From assembly GCF_000143415.4 (NCBI RefSeq), contig NW_003314261.1, positions 372,001-436,000 on the forward strand: a stretch of 64,000 nt of DNA, read 5' to 3'. The position numbers and the translations under genes are program-made. Numbering within the stretch: position 1 is the first letter of the stretch; each line of letters begins with the position of its first letter. This DNA comes from Selaginella moellendorffii. Lineage: Eukaryota; Plantae; Lycopodiophyta. Below, piece after piece: positions 51,160 to 62,920 of this stretch. A model generated the notes under the pieces. The model saw only the letters and a list, made by a program, of their open reading frames with translations, searched no databases and had not been told where the DNA came from.

Positions 51160-51235
51160 CCAGGAGATTCATGCGAGATCTCTTTGCAGCGGGTTTGGAT
51201 CGGACATCACGATTGGGAGCGAGCTCGTCTAAATC
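51160..51235 (+). pseudogene. Tiny relic of the PPR-DYW gene
   Basis: GQEIHARSLCSGFGSDITI vs GQEIHARALCSGFGSDTTV at about 29060-29000. Confidence 0.8.
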
Positions 51236-51245
51236 AACTACCAAG

Positions 51246-51410
51246 AGTAGCACGTAGCGCGCTTGGTTAGGTGCGAGCCTTGTAATCAACTGGTTCTCGG
51301 TTCGAATCTGGTGATGATGAAACTGGCTTTGAAGTGAGTCGCCACTCACACTCCTCTGTTCCAGATGAGAAAAAGCCCTCTGAGCCATTTTGTTTTAAAA
51401 TTTTGTTTTG
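51246..51410 (+). ncRNA. Candidate Pol III unit: tRNA-like A/B-box leader + box C/D snoRNA + T-run
   Basis: A-box-like TAGCGCGCTTGG; B box GGTTCGAATC; C box ATGATGA 51314-51320; D box CTGA 51380-51383; terminal stem TGGT/GCCA; TTTTGTTTT. Confidence 0.6.
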
Positions 51411-51429
51411 ATAGTCTTGTGGTGTGCAA

Positions 51430-53300
51430 CTGGAAGCATGAAACTGATGGATGCAAAAATGCAAGTTAGACTATCTTTTTGTCCATCACATGTGTGACAT
51501 GTATTTGCCATTGCAACTCCATGCGTTTCAGCTAATTGGCGCACTTCATACCATATGGCATCAAGCAATTCTTGACTCTCAGCTGCTGGCACGGCAACAT
51601 GGACAAGGATGGTGGTACGACATGGAGATGTGGATGCACAAGTTTGGCACAAATCTACATTCTCAGCGCGCTTGAAGAGGATCTTGAACAATGATGCACA
51701 CATGGATACATGGCAGAGAACACTAGGACAAAATATCACCTTTATTGCCAGGAGATAAACCCAGATGAAACATCCAGAATGGAGAAGACCTCATCGCCCC
51801 CACGCAGGAAGCCACAGCCTCCTCATCGAACTCGGATGCTGTGGACAGGGAAAATACCTCCGGATCTGCCCGGTCTGCGTGGAAGACACAGAGACGGTCA
51901 AACATCGACTGGGACGCTGAAACACACATAATCCTCGCAAACAAGGACAATCTAGTTTTGCGGAGGTATTGTCGCAGTGGAGAAGGTTGATGCGATGGTT
52001 TCCACGCTTTCCCACATCGTTTTAGATAGTCCGGGTTCCCACATTTATGAGGCATAGAGTGCGACTGTGGTTAGTTTCGTGAGAAAATATATCTTCTTCG
52101 CTTCCCACCTTGTCACTCGTGCTTTTCTACAGTCCGATTGCATTGCATAATAGGCGCCCGCCTCCTGGCCCGGACCCTTCAGAGCGGTGGAGTATGTGCC
52201 CCAAGTATTTGTACTCATCAGTGGCCTCGATCTGTTTCCCTTCGTACCAGAATTTGCTCTCCTGATCTGGTCCAAACACCAAGGTTAATCTGTAATCCCG
52301 TATCTTGGCAGAATCGGTGGAGTGTGTCCAATAGCAGCAGGTAAAGCAGCATGCCGGCGAGTTCATCGTTGAGAGCTCAGACCATCTATGAAAATGCGTT
52401 AGCCTTGGGGCAAACCGGTGTCACAGCGACCTTGGACATCTGCTTTCACGCTCGCGTACAGCTGCTGGATTAAGGTGCTGGAAGAGTTTGGTCCTCAAGA
52501 GCTTTTGTGATGTCCGGTCGAAACCCTACTTGACCTCATGCTCTGACTCCCGCTTGTTACCTCTATCGGACAAGACGTTTCTCCACTAGTCGGGTGAAGA
52601 GCTTGGCAAAGATGGTGGAGGCCATGATTGTCTTATAATTTCCTGACCTCGTTGGGTCTCCTTGCTTGTATATCGGAAGGACACAATTGATGGTCCAGCT
52701 AGTGTCCTGGATGATGTTGCTAGCCACCATGTACCCATACACGTCTGTGGCCTTCCACCGGTGGTGGCGGCTGATTGCTTCCTCCACCTGTTTCTCACAG
52801 AACGCCAGTGGGGTGTCACACTCAATTGAGCTCATATAAGTACTGTATCCAGGTCCACCTCATCAATAAAGATTGGTGCTGTCTTCTTTTTGAAGATCTT
52901 GTATGCCTGGTGCAGGTTGTGCCTCACTTGTTGAACTTGTTCATTGTTGAACGCTCTATTGTGGTGACCACTTTCTGGAAGTGTCTATGGCATCACTCGG
53001 CATTGGGGTGGCCATCCTTCTTTGCCTTTTTGTATGCTCGGTGCAGCTTGGTACAATGCTAAGTCCACCATTTTTTGGTCAGGAGTCCTAGCAGCTTTCC
53101 GTGGTCTCTGCAGTTGATACAGCAGGGTGGCTTCATGCAGTGCTTCCACCAAAAGATTGGCCTGTTCTTCTTGTGGTGTCTTTGACTGCATGCGCTGGAG
53201 TTGGTCAACCTCTTTGCATTTGAGCTTATAAACCATTTCTTCACTGATCATTTCTGGGCTTGTGTCCAGAGCTGGAGTGCAATTGGCTAGTGATCCCAAA
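51430..53300 (-). mobile_element. Degenerate non-LTR retrotransposon (LINE) RT region
   Basis: VLPIYKQGDPTRSGNYKTIMASTIFAKLF; EYKYLGH; Cys-rich 3' remnant. Confidence 0.8.
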
Positions 53301-53374
53301 GTTTATCATTTTAATGCTCTTAAAAACTTCATATTAATTGAATAATTAAATGAGTGTTTGACACATTTAATACT

Positions 53375-53500
53375 CTAAAAGATAATACTACCACATAAAA
53401 AAGATTTACAAACGAGGCTGTAGTTATCCCTCTCGCCCTGCTTGGCGAGCTTGGAAAGGATCACTTGCAAGCTATCATATATGACGCTGTTGATCAAGAA
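53375..53500 (-). pseudogene. F-box motif fragment, truncated
   Basis: DSLQVILSKL...DNYSLVCKSFL followed by a stop next to the LINE relic. Confidence 0.45.
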
Positions 53501-54679
53501 CTTGTTGTGCAGTCCGGTCGATCGATTGATTGAAATGGGGTGGCCGGATCTTCCAGTTTTTCTTGTGCATCGCTGATTGTCGCTGGTGCCACGCCTCTGA
53601 TTCTCCATTTCGTGGTTGACAAGGTTGAGGGCTCCGTGATGAACGTGATGCACAAGATGGAAGGCTCTACAGGCTCTGACTGGATCCGTGGAGAAGATGC
53701 TGGCAAAGACGATCGAAGGCCCACTTACGGGCTTCGTCACTAGGGCGCTCGCACAGAGCAATGCTTGCGCCAAGGAAAACATTGCTACTGTGAGAGAGCA
53801 CACCTCAATGGTCCTGCCAGCGATCTCACCAGGGATGCAGCCAGGTACGTCTTCTATGGTTGTTTCCCGGCCTCGTACCATCTTTTGTTATTTATCTTCT
53901 AGATGTTTGATGCTAATCTCTGCTCCAGATGTTTGATCTACGCATGGAGATTCCAGCTGAGGCTACGCCTGGAGCTACTGCTGATCCTGTGGAGATTCCA
54001 GCTGAAGCTACTCCTCGAAGCGTGCAAAGCCTGCGAAGAAGGTATTGAGTTTTGGTCTTTTCTCAACTTTGAGTGGAGCATTTTCAACTTCCAGTCTGTC
54101 ACTGCGCGTACAGAAAAGCCCACCGGCGACTGTCTGTGAGTACCTTTTCCCTTTGTTCGAGTTTTCTCCCGTTTTGCATTTGTGCGAGGGACGAATGTTG
54201 TCTTACGATCGGTATGATAAATTGAATGAGATTGGAGCTTATGATGCTTGTCTTTCCTTTGGTTCATTCGTCGGCTGGTTTGCGGGAGCTTCTTGCGAGC
54301 CACCCCAAGTGTAGGAGATGTGGAAACTATGAGTCGTGCCTGCTTTCTTCAAATGTTTATTCTGTTTCCAAGCTTTGACTTCACATCAAGCTCTTGCAGG
54401 CAAGACGAGAACGATTTCTCCTCCATGAGCTTGAAAGGTGTGGAAATAATTGTCGAAAAGCCTTTCAAAACAATACGCTACCAATGTTTTCTTCCAGCAC
54501 ATCAAGAAACAGTCTCGTCCAGCATCAGATTGAACTGGCATTCTCGAGTAAACATGACTATGGCAGCTTTCAGCTGAAGATGACCGTTGGAAGAGACGAC
54601 GTTCCAGGCCGTTGGATCTAATTAGGGCAATCTTCTTGCTGATTTTTCTGTCGTGTGAGGTGGGCGCTGTGATCTGGAT

Positions 54680-56392
54680 ATGGCAAGCAGGACCCGGCTC
54701 TCCCCTGCGCCCCTCTCTCCACTGGCGCGCAGGCCTTCCATCTCCATGGTAGCTAGCTCCTCTCATATCTTCCATGTAATCGGTGATATCCAGGGCGATC
54801 GTTTCATTCCCAACAGAGGAGCCATGGACTTGGATCTAGCGCATTTTAATCTGCTCCACGAAGCCAGGGAAAATAGCCACACTCCATCCGAGGTTGCATC
54901 GCCTGTTAAGGTAAAGAGTCCAAAGAAGCAATGTCGCCTAACGTTTCCTTGCCAGGAAGATTACAGACGCATCCTGGCCGAGAGTCTTCTAAGCTGCGAG
55001 ACGGGGAGCCCCAAGATCCTGGCCTTCACAAAGAAAATCCCCTCGTTGAGCATCCAGCGTTGTCTCGACACAGAGTTGGACATCTTGCCTTCTTCCAAAA
55101 AACCACATCGACACATATGCCAGGTACATACATTGTCAATCGATGTTCTTCATTGTAACCGTGACGCAAGACTCCTGAGAGAATCCTGGATGCCCCCGAG
55201 ATCGTGGACGACTACTACCTCAACTTACTGGACTGGAGTTGCAACAACACAGTCGCCGTCGCTCTGGGTCCTGCCGTCTACCTGTGGGACGCCGACACCG
55301 GCGAGAGCTTCCAACTTAGCAAATGCGAGGAGCACGACACGGTGACAAGCGTTGCATGGTCCGACGATGGAAGATTGATCGCAGTGGGACTGAGCAGCGC
55401 ATGCATCCAACTCTGGCATGCCACCAGCAGAAGCCAGGTTTGTGATCTTAACTTCCTCATGCAAGCTCTTCTTTCTTGGAACACGTAGATTCGAACCTTT
55501 CGCGGTCACTCATCACGAGTCTCGTCTCTGGCTTGGAATGGATCACTCCTGTCGTCCGGAAGCCGCGACCACAAGATTATAAACCACGATGGTAAAACCT
55601 TGGTTTGTTTCCGATGATGGATCGATTAGCTTTGCAGTGCGCGCTCGAGCACACAAGGCGTCAGTTCTTGCGGGACACTGCCAGGAGGTGTGCGGCTTGA
55701 AGTGGTCACCGTGCGGCCAGCAGCTGGCCAGCGGCGGCAACGACAATCTCCTCCACATCTGGGACGCGGCAGTGGCGTCCACGTTCGATTCCATCCATCC
55801 CGGCTCCAGGTGCGCGTTCCGCTTCGACTGCCATCGAGCTGCTGTCAAGGCACTCGCCTGGTGCCCGTTCCAGTCGCGCTTGCTGGCCTCGGGTGGTGGA
55901 ACTGTGGATCGATGCATCAAGTTTTGGAACACTCAAACCGGGACGTGTCTCAGCAGCATCGATACCTTGTCCCAGGTGAGGTTCTCTTCTTCTCTATCTT
56001 TGCTCCTCTCTATCTTTTCTTCGCTAAGCTCTCGATATTCTCACGCAGGTGTGTGCTCTACAGTGGAGCAGGCATCAAAAGGAGATTCTCAGCAGCCATG
56101 GCTACGGCCTCAACCAGCTGTGTGTGTGGAAGTATCCGTCGATGATCAGGATTGCCGAGCTCCGGGGCCATACTGCTCGAGTGATCCATTTGGCACAGGT
56201 TTATTATTCTTCTCCAGCTTTTCCCAGTGGCTTTTCCTGTTTTGCGTGTAGAGCCCGGAGGGAACTACCGTTGCATCTGCGGCCGCGGACGAGACGCTGC
56301 GCTTCTGGAGGGTGTTTGGATCGCCCAACAAGAAATGCGGCAGCGACATGAAACCCAGTGGCCTCTCCAGAAGCGCTAGTAGCATTCGATGA
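54680..56392 (+). CDS. CDC20: APC/C activator CDC20 (fizzy)
   Basis: C-box [54 protein letters not shown]-terminal IR tail. Confidence 0.93.
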
Positions 56393-56449
56393 GTAGCATG
56401 TTGTATTATACTTTGTAGAACCTATTGAGTTCTCCACTTGCGCTGGATT

Positions 56450-59400
56450 ACGTGGCACCATGGCAAGGAGGCTGTCTTAGTCTTTCTTAGTCTTTTTGGC
56501 GAGATAGATAGCAAGAGCATTACTGTATCCTCTTTTCTATCTATCGTGGCCGCCTAGCTCCCTCACATTTTCTCACGTGGTATCAAATATTAGGGTAACT
56601 GTGAAGCGGTCAACAACAAGCCCGAGACAGATGACATGGACACAGATGATTTGGCAGGTGTCCGACGTGGCAGGAAGAACCAGTTTGTTAGAGAGGATTG
56701 GGCAATGGGACTTCTTGGGATGCAGCAGCAGGGGCAATAAAAGGCATGGTGGGAGCTAGGGCTGGGAGAGGATCAGTTTGGGAATGGCACTACAAGCTGG
56801 GGTGATCAAGATTTGAGCATACTGTAGTGTGAACTCTAGTAACCCTTGCCTGGAGATGAGGGGCACCTCATCACAGCTGGGCATGCTGGAATTTATTTGA
56901 GTTCCTTGTCACTTTCATTTTTTGTATAACTGAAGCATGTTTTTCTAGCTCGCTATGAAGGCCTGCACAAGTGACATGTGTGAAGGGCATGCATGGCCCA
57001 AGGGACTTTTTTGGCTAGGACAGCTAGTAGGTTTAGTTATGGGGTGGTTGGAGCTGCCACACATCCATTGAGCCAAGGAGGCCAGTGATGGGGGGTTCTT
57101 GGTGATCCATCCAAGGTGTTAAGGACATGCATCTAAAGGTTGGAGCCCTCTAGGAGCTGAGAACTAATTGGGCTAAGGAGGCCAGTGATGGGGGATCTTG
57201 GTGATCCACCTTAGGTGTTGGGGATGTGTATCAAAAGGTAGCCACAAACCATAGGAATATTCTAAGGATATTTTATTTTAAGGCTGTAATACCTAAGTTG
57301 GCTTAGGGTTTACTCTTTGTTTGTTTCATTAGTATCAAAGTATGGTCAAGGAGTGGATATAGATCTTAATAAAGAGTATCATATTAATGATGATGGTTAT
57401 GATGAGGAGGAAGAATCTCTTGATGATGTCATTATATGGCAAGTTGCCAGATTTCTAAGATTTAGAATAATATTAAGGAGGTTAAGGATTTCATCAATGT
57501 TATCTTGCTTCACATGAACCCTCAAAGGTTGAAATAATCTTGCATTTGTGATTACCATTAGTATATCAAATATGCCAAGGATTATGGTAATGGAAGTTAT
57601 CACTAAATATTTGTGATAACTAGGAGGTTGATTCTTGGTTGGAATTGTGAGAAAGTTGCTAGTCTTACTACCTTTTTGAAGATAAAGTGAAGATTGAAGA
57701 AGTTTATAGGTCATACTTCTTTGTGGTAGAAGAACTACATCAAAGTTAATCCGAAGTCGATTTCTTAGAATGATTTGACAAAAGTTTTTCATGCTTCGTT
57801 AGAAGTGTGAAAAGGTTGATCTTATGAACTAGCTACTAGAGATTAAGCATGGGATTTTGTCTTTAAATGCATATACTCTCAAGTTCCATAATCTTTGTTT
57901 TAGTCCCACGGGCACTATAATGAGCTGCTAAACTTGCAATGTTTCATTAAAGGTTTAAGATTAGTGGATATGCAACAAAGATTTTCCAGCAATATTGATT
58001 GATGCTATTATTAAGGCTCAAATCTTTTCACCAAAACCATCAGTCAATTCTGGTCAATGGGATGGTCTATAGGGTAGTCAAGATGATGATTAGCCAACTA
58101 GTGCTTCATATTTGGGGAAGAAACAACAATTGTTATGTCATGGCTCAAAAAAGGGAAATAGCAATGAAACTAAGAAACCTCATTTGGAATAATGAAAGAA
58201 GGACAAAGTAGAAGGTAATTATTTTTGTTGCCAGAAAGTTAAACATCAAGGCAAGGATTATCCGCTTGTGAAGGGATTAAAGAATGTTAATGTGAATGTG
58301 GTGGATTCTATTGTAGATATGGCTTAAGCATCTACTATGGTAATTTTTCCACACCCCATAGTGAAAGTTCAAGAACTTAAGTCTTGAGTTTATATCAACT
58401 TTGTAAAGCTCAATGGTTCTATACACAATCAATTTGTGAAGGCCAAAAGGGACATTTAGGGTAATATAATTAATATTCTTTTTGATCCAGGTGCTACATA
58501 TGAGCTCTAAGGTGGTGAAAAAATTTAATTTTCTTATAGAAAAAAGCTCGGTAATCTATAAGATGGTTATGATAGATAGATATAGCACTTGTGTTTATAA
58601 TAAATAGGCTCCAAATGTTCTTTTGATGGTTTAGGGGATTCTCAACCATCCTTCATTCTAAGTTATAGATCTTAGCTGCACAGATGTTATTTTTGGGAAA
58701 GAATGGTTTTATAATAAAAATTTAAGGATTGAATAGGAGTATAATGTTCTACGTATCAAAATTTGTGGCATTGTGAAAGAGAATAATAATGATATTTCAT
58801 TAATTAGTGCTTTAGAGTTGGTGCATGAGATAGTTAGTTCTTTTGTGGTGTACTTGTTTTTTTTTTTCTAATAGATTATGTTTGATTTGGAGTACATTCA
58901 TTTGCATAAGGCTTGTGTGAACTAGATTCATGAGGAGTTCTTTGACGTATTTCCAGATGAGTTGTCTAATGGTTCCTTATGTGGAATTCAACATGGGTTC
59001 CTAAAGCTACTCTTTATTAAAGATAACTGACTTATACTAGTCTTGTTAAAGATGGGAGATTAATAGGTAGCTTCTTGAGTACCTTTGAAAGGGGTTACAG
59101 ATAACTAGAAGCCATCTTACTTACAGATAACCAAATCTCTTTAGGCTACTCCAATGGTGATGGTCAAGAAGAAAGATGATATATGGTGTCTTTGTATGAA
59201 CTATAAAGGATTGAATGATAAGAATAATGAAAAATATATTCCCAATCCTTCATATCAATGATTTACTTAATCATCTTTCTAGTGTTCAATATTTTTCAAA
59301 AATTGATTTGAGGTAAGGGTATCATCAAATTTATATCAAGCTAGAGGATGTTCCAAACATCACATTTCAAACAAAGATGGGTTATTATAAGTTTTTGGTA

Positions 59401-60730
59401 ATGCTGTTTTGTTTGACAAATGCCCTTGCAACTTTTCAGGGGTTGATGAATTAAGTTCTATACCCTTACCTAAGAAAGTTTGCAATTAATTGTTTTGATA
59501 ATATCCTATTATTTAACTTTTCAATGGAGGAATATGAGATGTATATATAAAATGTTTTGCAACTTTTAGGAGACAACAAGCTCTACTTAAAGTTATCTAA
59601 ATATGAGTTTTTCTTGGAGGAGATTGGATATCTTGGGCATTTAATTTCAATGCATGGAGTGAGAGTTGATTTAGCAAAAATCTAGGTCATAGTTGATTGG
59701 CCTATACTTTCGATAGTGCATGATTTTCGTAGTTTCCTTGGTATGGTTAAAGTTTTTTAAAGATTTGTGAAGGGCTTTCAGAGATAATAGCTCCCTTGAC
59801 TGATCTTCTCTAAAACATATCAAAACATGCTACTATTTGTAGTTGGGATGAAAAACATTAAGTGGCATTTTAGCTTTTGAAGCAGTGTTGTGTCTTTGCT
59901 CATGTGTTGAATATTTTGATCCTAAGAAGCTTTTTGTGGTCAAGATAAATGCGAGTGATTTTGCTATTGGGGCTGTCTTGCTTCAACTTGGGCATCCTTT
60001 CATGTATATGAGCCATAAGTTTGATGCCACATAGTGGAATTAGCTTACTCAAGATAAAGAGTTATATGTTATAATTGATGCTGTGAAGAAATGGAAATTA
60101 TACAATGATCTCTTAGATGAGTTTAAGGAGTTTACTAACTTTAACTCTTTTATCACTGATATTTGCACAAAGGTTTTTTTGAGAGATGCCTTTACAAATT
60201 TGAAGGGTTACAAGTTTGCATCATTCAAGATATAAGATAGAATCCTAGTGAAGAAGGGTCATGTAGTGGTTCTTTGTATTGACAAATTCATCAAGTATAT
60301 GTACCCAAGAACAAATGAGATAGCATCTTGATAGACTTTATCATTGGTTTGCCTAAGACCTTTCGAGAAAATGATGTTATTTAGGTTGTTATGGATTGTT
60401 TGACAAAATTAATTCACTTCTTCTTAGTGAAGATAATGATTAAAACTTTTGAATTTGCTCAATTATTTGTAAATCAGTTATTCAATCTCTATGATTTGCC
60501 AAGTAATATTGTAAATGACTGGGATCCCAAGTTCATGTCCTAGTTTTGGCAAATAGTCTTTGAGAAGCTACACACTAAGTTAAAAGTAATGGTGACTATT
60601 CACAATGGGCAAACAAAGCACATAAATCAGCTGTTAAAAGGTCTTTTGTGGGAAACTTAATTCAATAGAGAGTATAGGAAAAGTACTTACCTTGCTCATA
60701 AAAGTATTAATAATATATCTCCATTCATGG
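56450..60730 (+). mobile_element. Heavily decayed Ty3/gypsy LTR retrotransposon (5' LTR-like region to about 57329, then gag-pol)
   Basis: Decayed PBS TAGTATCAAAG at about 57330; zinc-knuckle relic about 58225; protease LFDPGAT; RT VKKKD / FSKIDLR*GYHQI; RNase H ASDFAIGAVL; integrase DFIIGLPK; order PR-RT-RH-IN. Confidence 0.88.
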
Positions 60731-60736
60731 CAATGT

Positions 60737-61072
60737 TGTAAATGACTAATTTTTCCATTATACTTTAATCACTTAATCGCACTTCCGACCACTTGGAGAA
60801 GTTTTATTCACAACCTCTATAAATTTTATTCCGGACTTGGGGTTTGCTATCCCCGAGAATGGCATCCATGCCACCCAACCTTTACACTTAGTCCAAGTGC
60901 TCCATTGTAAGCGACTAATTTTTCCATTTTACTTTAGTCATTTAACAGCACCTCCGACCACTTGGAGGAGTCTCACTCACAACCTCCGTAAGTCCTATTT
61001 TGGACTTGGGCTTACTAGCCTTGAGAATGGCATCCCCGCCACTCAACCTATGCACTTGGTCCAAGTGCTCCA
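60737..61072 (+). repeat. Two tandem copies of about 168 bp, each starting TGTAA
   Basis: 60737-60904 vs 60906-61072. Confidence 0.9.
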
Positions 61073-62480
61073 CGTGTCCGATCCCATGACCGACACCCCA
61101 AGGTACCACCAACATATCAGCCTGTTACGCTAAGGCCATGTCCATTCACCTTGGTCATAACGATGGTCTGACACCACCTACATCCCAGTCCTGTCACTCA
61201 AAAACTGGGCCATCCATCCACGAGTGATCATCCCAGATCCACTCCTTAGCATCCTTAAGATGCCCATAGACATGGGGATTAGCCTTCCTCAATATCTCCA
61301 TTCCAGTCCCCACCAAGTCCCTTTTTGTCCTTGGCCGTGCTCGCCAACACTGCCACTGGATCAAGGCCCACGGGCCCGACCACTAAGTCCCACTGTCCTC
61401 TAGGACTTCCTCCTTGTGTGACCATGTCCTTGGTCACCACACTAGAGGATTACTCCTCTTCCTTTCCACAGTCTGGGACTTTGGGACGACATTTCGGAAC
61501 ACCGTGGCCCTACGTGGGCCTCGTGGGTACTCTTCCTGCCTTTCGCCTTTAGGTGCTCTAGCCATGGGCTTAGAGCGAGGTTTCATTGAGCCACACCAGG
61601 TATCCAAGTAGGTAGTGCCACCCACACTTGGACTGGGAGCATCGGCTAGACGATCTCCCGGGGGAACTAGAGCCGGCTCTTGAACACTTCACCAAACTAC
61701 CCTGCTTGTCGATCCGTATTCACTCTAGTCTTGGACTTCCCAATGGTCAGTTCATCACCCAACACTGGGTCTGGCTTTCCTAGGCCAAACTGGCCTTTCC
61801 TGGCCAAATTGGCTCCACTGCAGTCCTCCCCCTTACTATACTTTTGGAGCTCACCAAACCCCCCAGGGTCTGGGAGACAAACACTTTGGGCTTTCACCCT
61901 CTCAGACTCAAACTCGGACTCGGACTTGGACTTGGACTCGGACTCGGACTCGGACTCGGACTCGGCCTCGGCCTCGGCCTCAGTCTCGGTCTCAGTCCCG
62001 ATCTCGGTCTCGGTCTTGGTCTCGGTCTTAGTCTCGGTCTCGGTCTTGGTCTCGGTCTCGGTCTCGGACTCCATCTCGGGTCCTTCTCGGACTCCATCTC
62101 GGATTCCATCCCGGGTCCATCTTGGACTCCATCTTGGACTCCGTCTCGGTCCATCTCGGACTCCATCTCGGACTCCGTCACGGTCCACCTCGGACTCCGT
62201 CTCGGACTCCATCTCGGACTTCGTCTCGGACTCCATCTCGGACTCCGTCTTGGACTCCGTCTCAGACTCCGTCTTGGACTCCGTCTCGGACTCCGTCTTG
62301 GACTCCGTCTCGGACTCCGTCTTGGACTCCGTCTCAGTCCACCTCGGACTCCATCTCGGACTCTGTCTTGGTCCACCTCGGACTCCATCTTGGACTCCAT
62401 CTTGGACTCCGTCTCGGTCCACCTCGGACTCCATCTCAGACTCCACTTCGGGTCCATCTCGGACACTTCCACGTGTCATG
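60906..62480 (-). repeat. Left arm of a long inverted repeat (LTR-like); contains a CTCGGA/CTCCRT hexamer array at about 61900-62465
   Basis: 61100-62480 is a diverged reverse complement of about 62965-64000. Confidence 0.85.
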
Positions 62481-62607
62481 TGTTGGTCCTTTTGGGTCCC
62501 TTTTTGGAGCCTCGCTTATTGCTCGCTTCATGCTCGTTCCTTGAGCACTTCGTTGGGAGTTCCACTCCCGCTCTCAACCTCTCAAGTTGGAGCCTTTTAG
62601 TCCAAAT

Positions 62608-62920
62608 TGTAAGCAACCAAAGGGAACGACTCGAGAGACGATCCATAGGGGTTCAAATATAGAGGGAAAGGGCCCATGAATAAGAGTGCACCCCCTTTCC
62701 AAACAGTTAAGGGTCTTGGGATATTTGGGGTTAAGCGTCCTTGGGTTTGAATAGTACTGGGTTGGGTGACCTCCCGGGAAGTCCAAACTCAGGAGCTTAC
62801 ATTTGGTATCAGAGAGGTCTCGGGTCCGACTCTGTTGGTTGGCTAGGGGAATCGCACCACATGTTGATTGACATCTGGCTGGTCCAGTTTGCTCCCGCTG
62901 GGCTCGACCCGAGGGGTAGG
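62608..62920 (+). mobile_element. Cassandra-like TRIM module: 194-bp LTR with 5S domain, PBS(tRNA-iMet), short internal region, PPT
   Basis: TGTAAGC...GCTTACA termini; 5S-like 62730-62784; TGGTATCAGAG 62804-62814; GAGGGGTAGG 62911-62920 followed by TG. Confidence 0.8.

Noticed and set aside
48088-51257. Alternative-frame and antisense ORFs of 250-410 aa over the PPR gene
   Set aside because: Shadow ORFs of GC-rich coding sequence
51248-51320. Functional tRNA-Thr(TGT)
   Set aside because: Acceptor and anticodon stems do not pair; only the A/B boxes and D arm survive
56497-56553. Hairpin GATAGATAG...CTATCTATC after CDC20 as a miRNA or Helitron end
   Set aside because: Stem is short and low-complexity; no supporting features
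61900-62465. CRISPR-like array
   Set aside because: Contiguous 6/12-mers without unique spacers, in eukaryotic context with no cas genes
61680-62662. Long ORFs of 190-306 aa in several frames (SDSDS, LGLGL, ETESE)
   Set aside because: By-product of a stop-free hexamer array; open on both strands
62730-62784. 5S rRNA gene
   Set aside because: Only the 55-nt internal control region is present, and it lies inside an LTR
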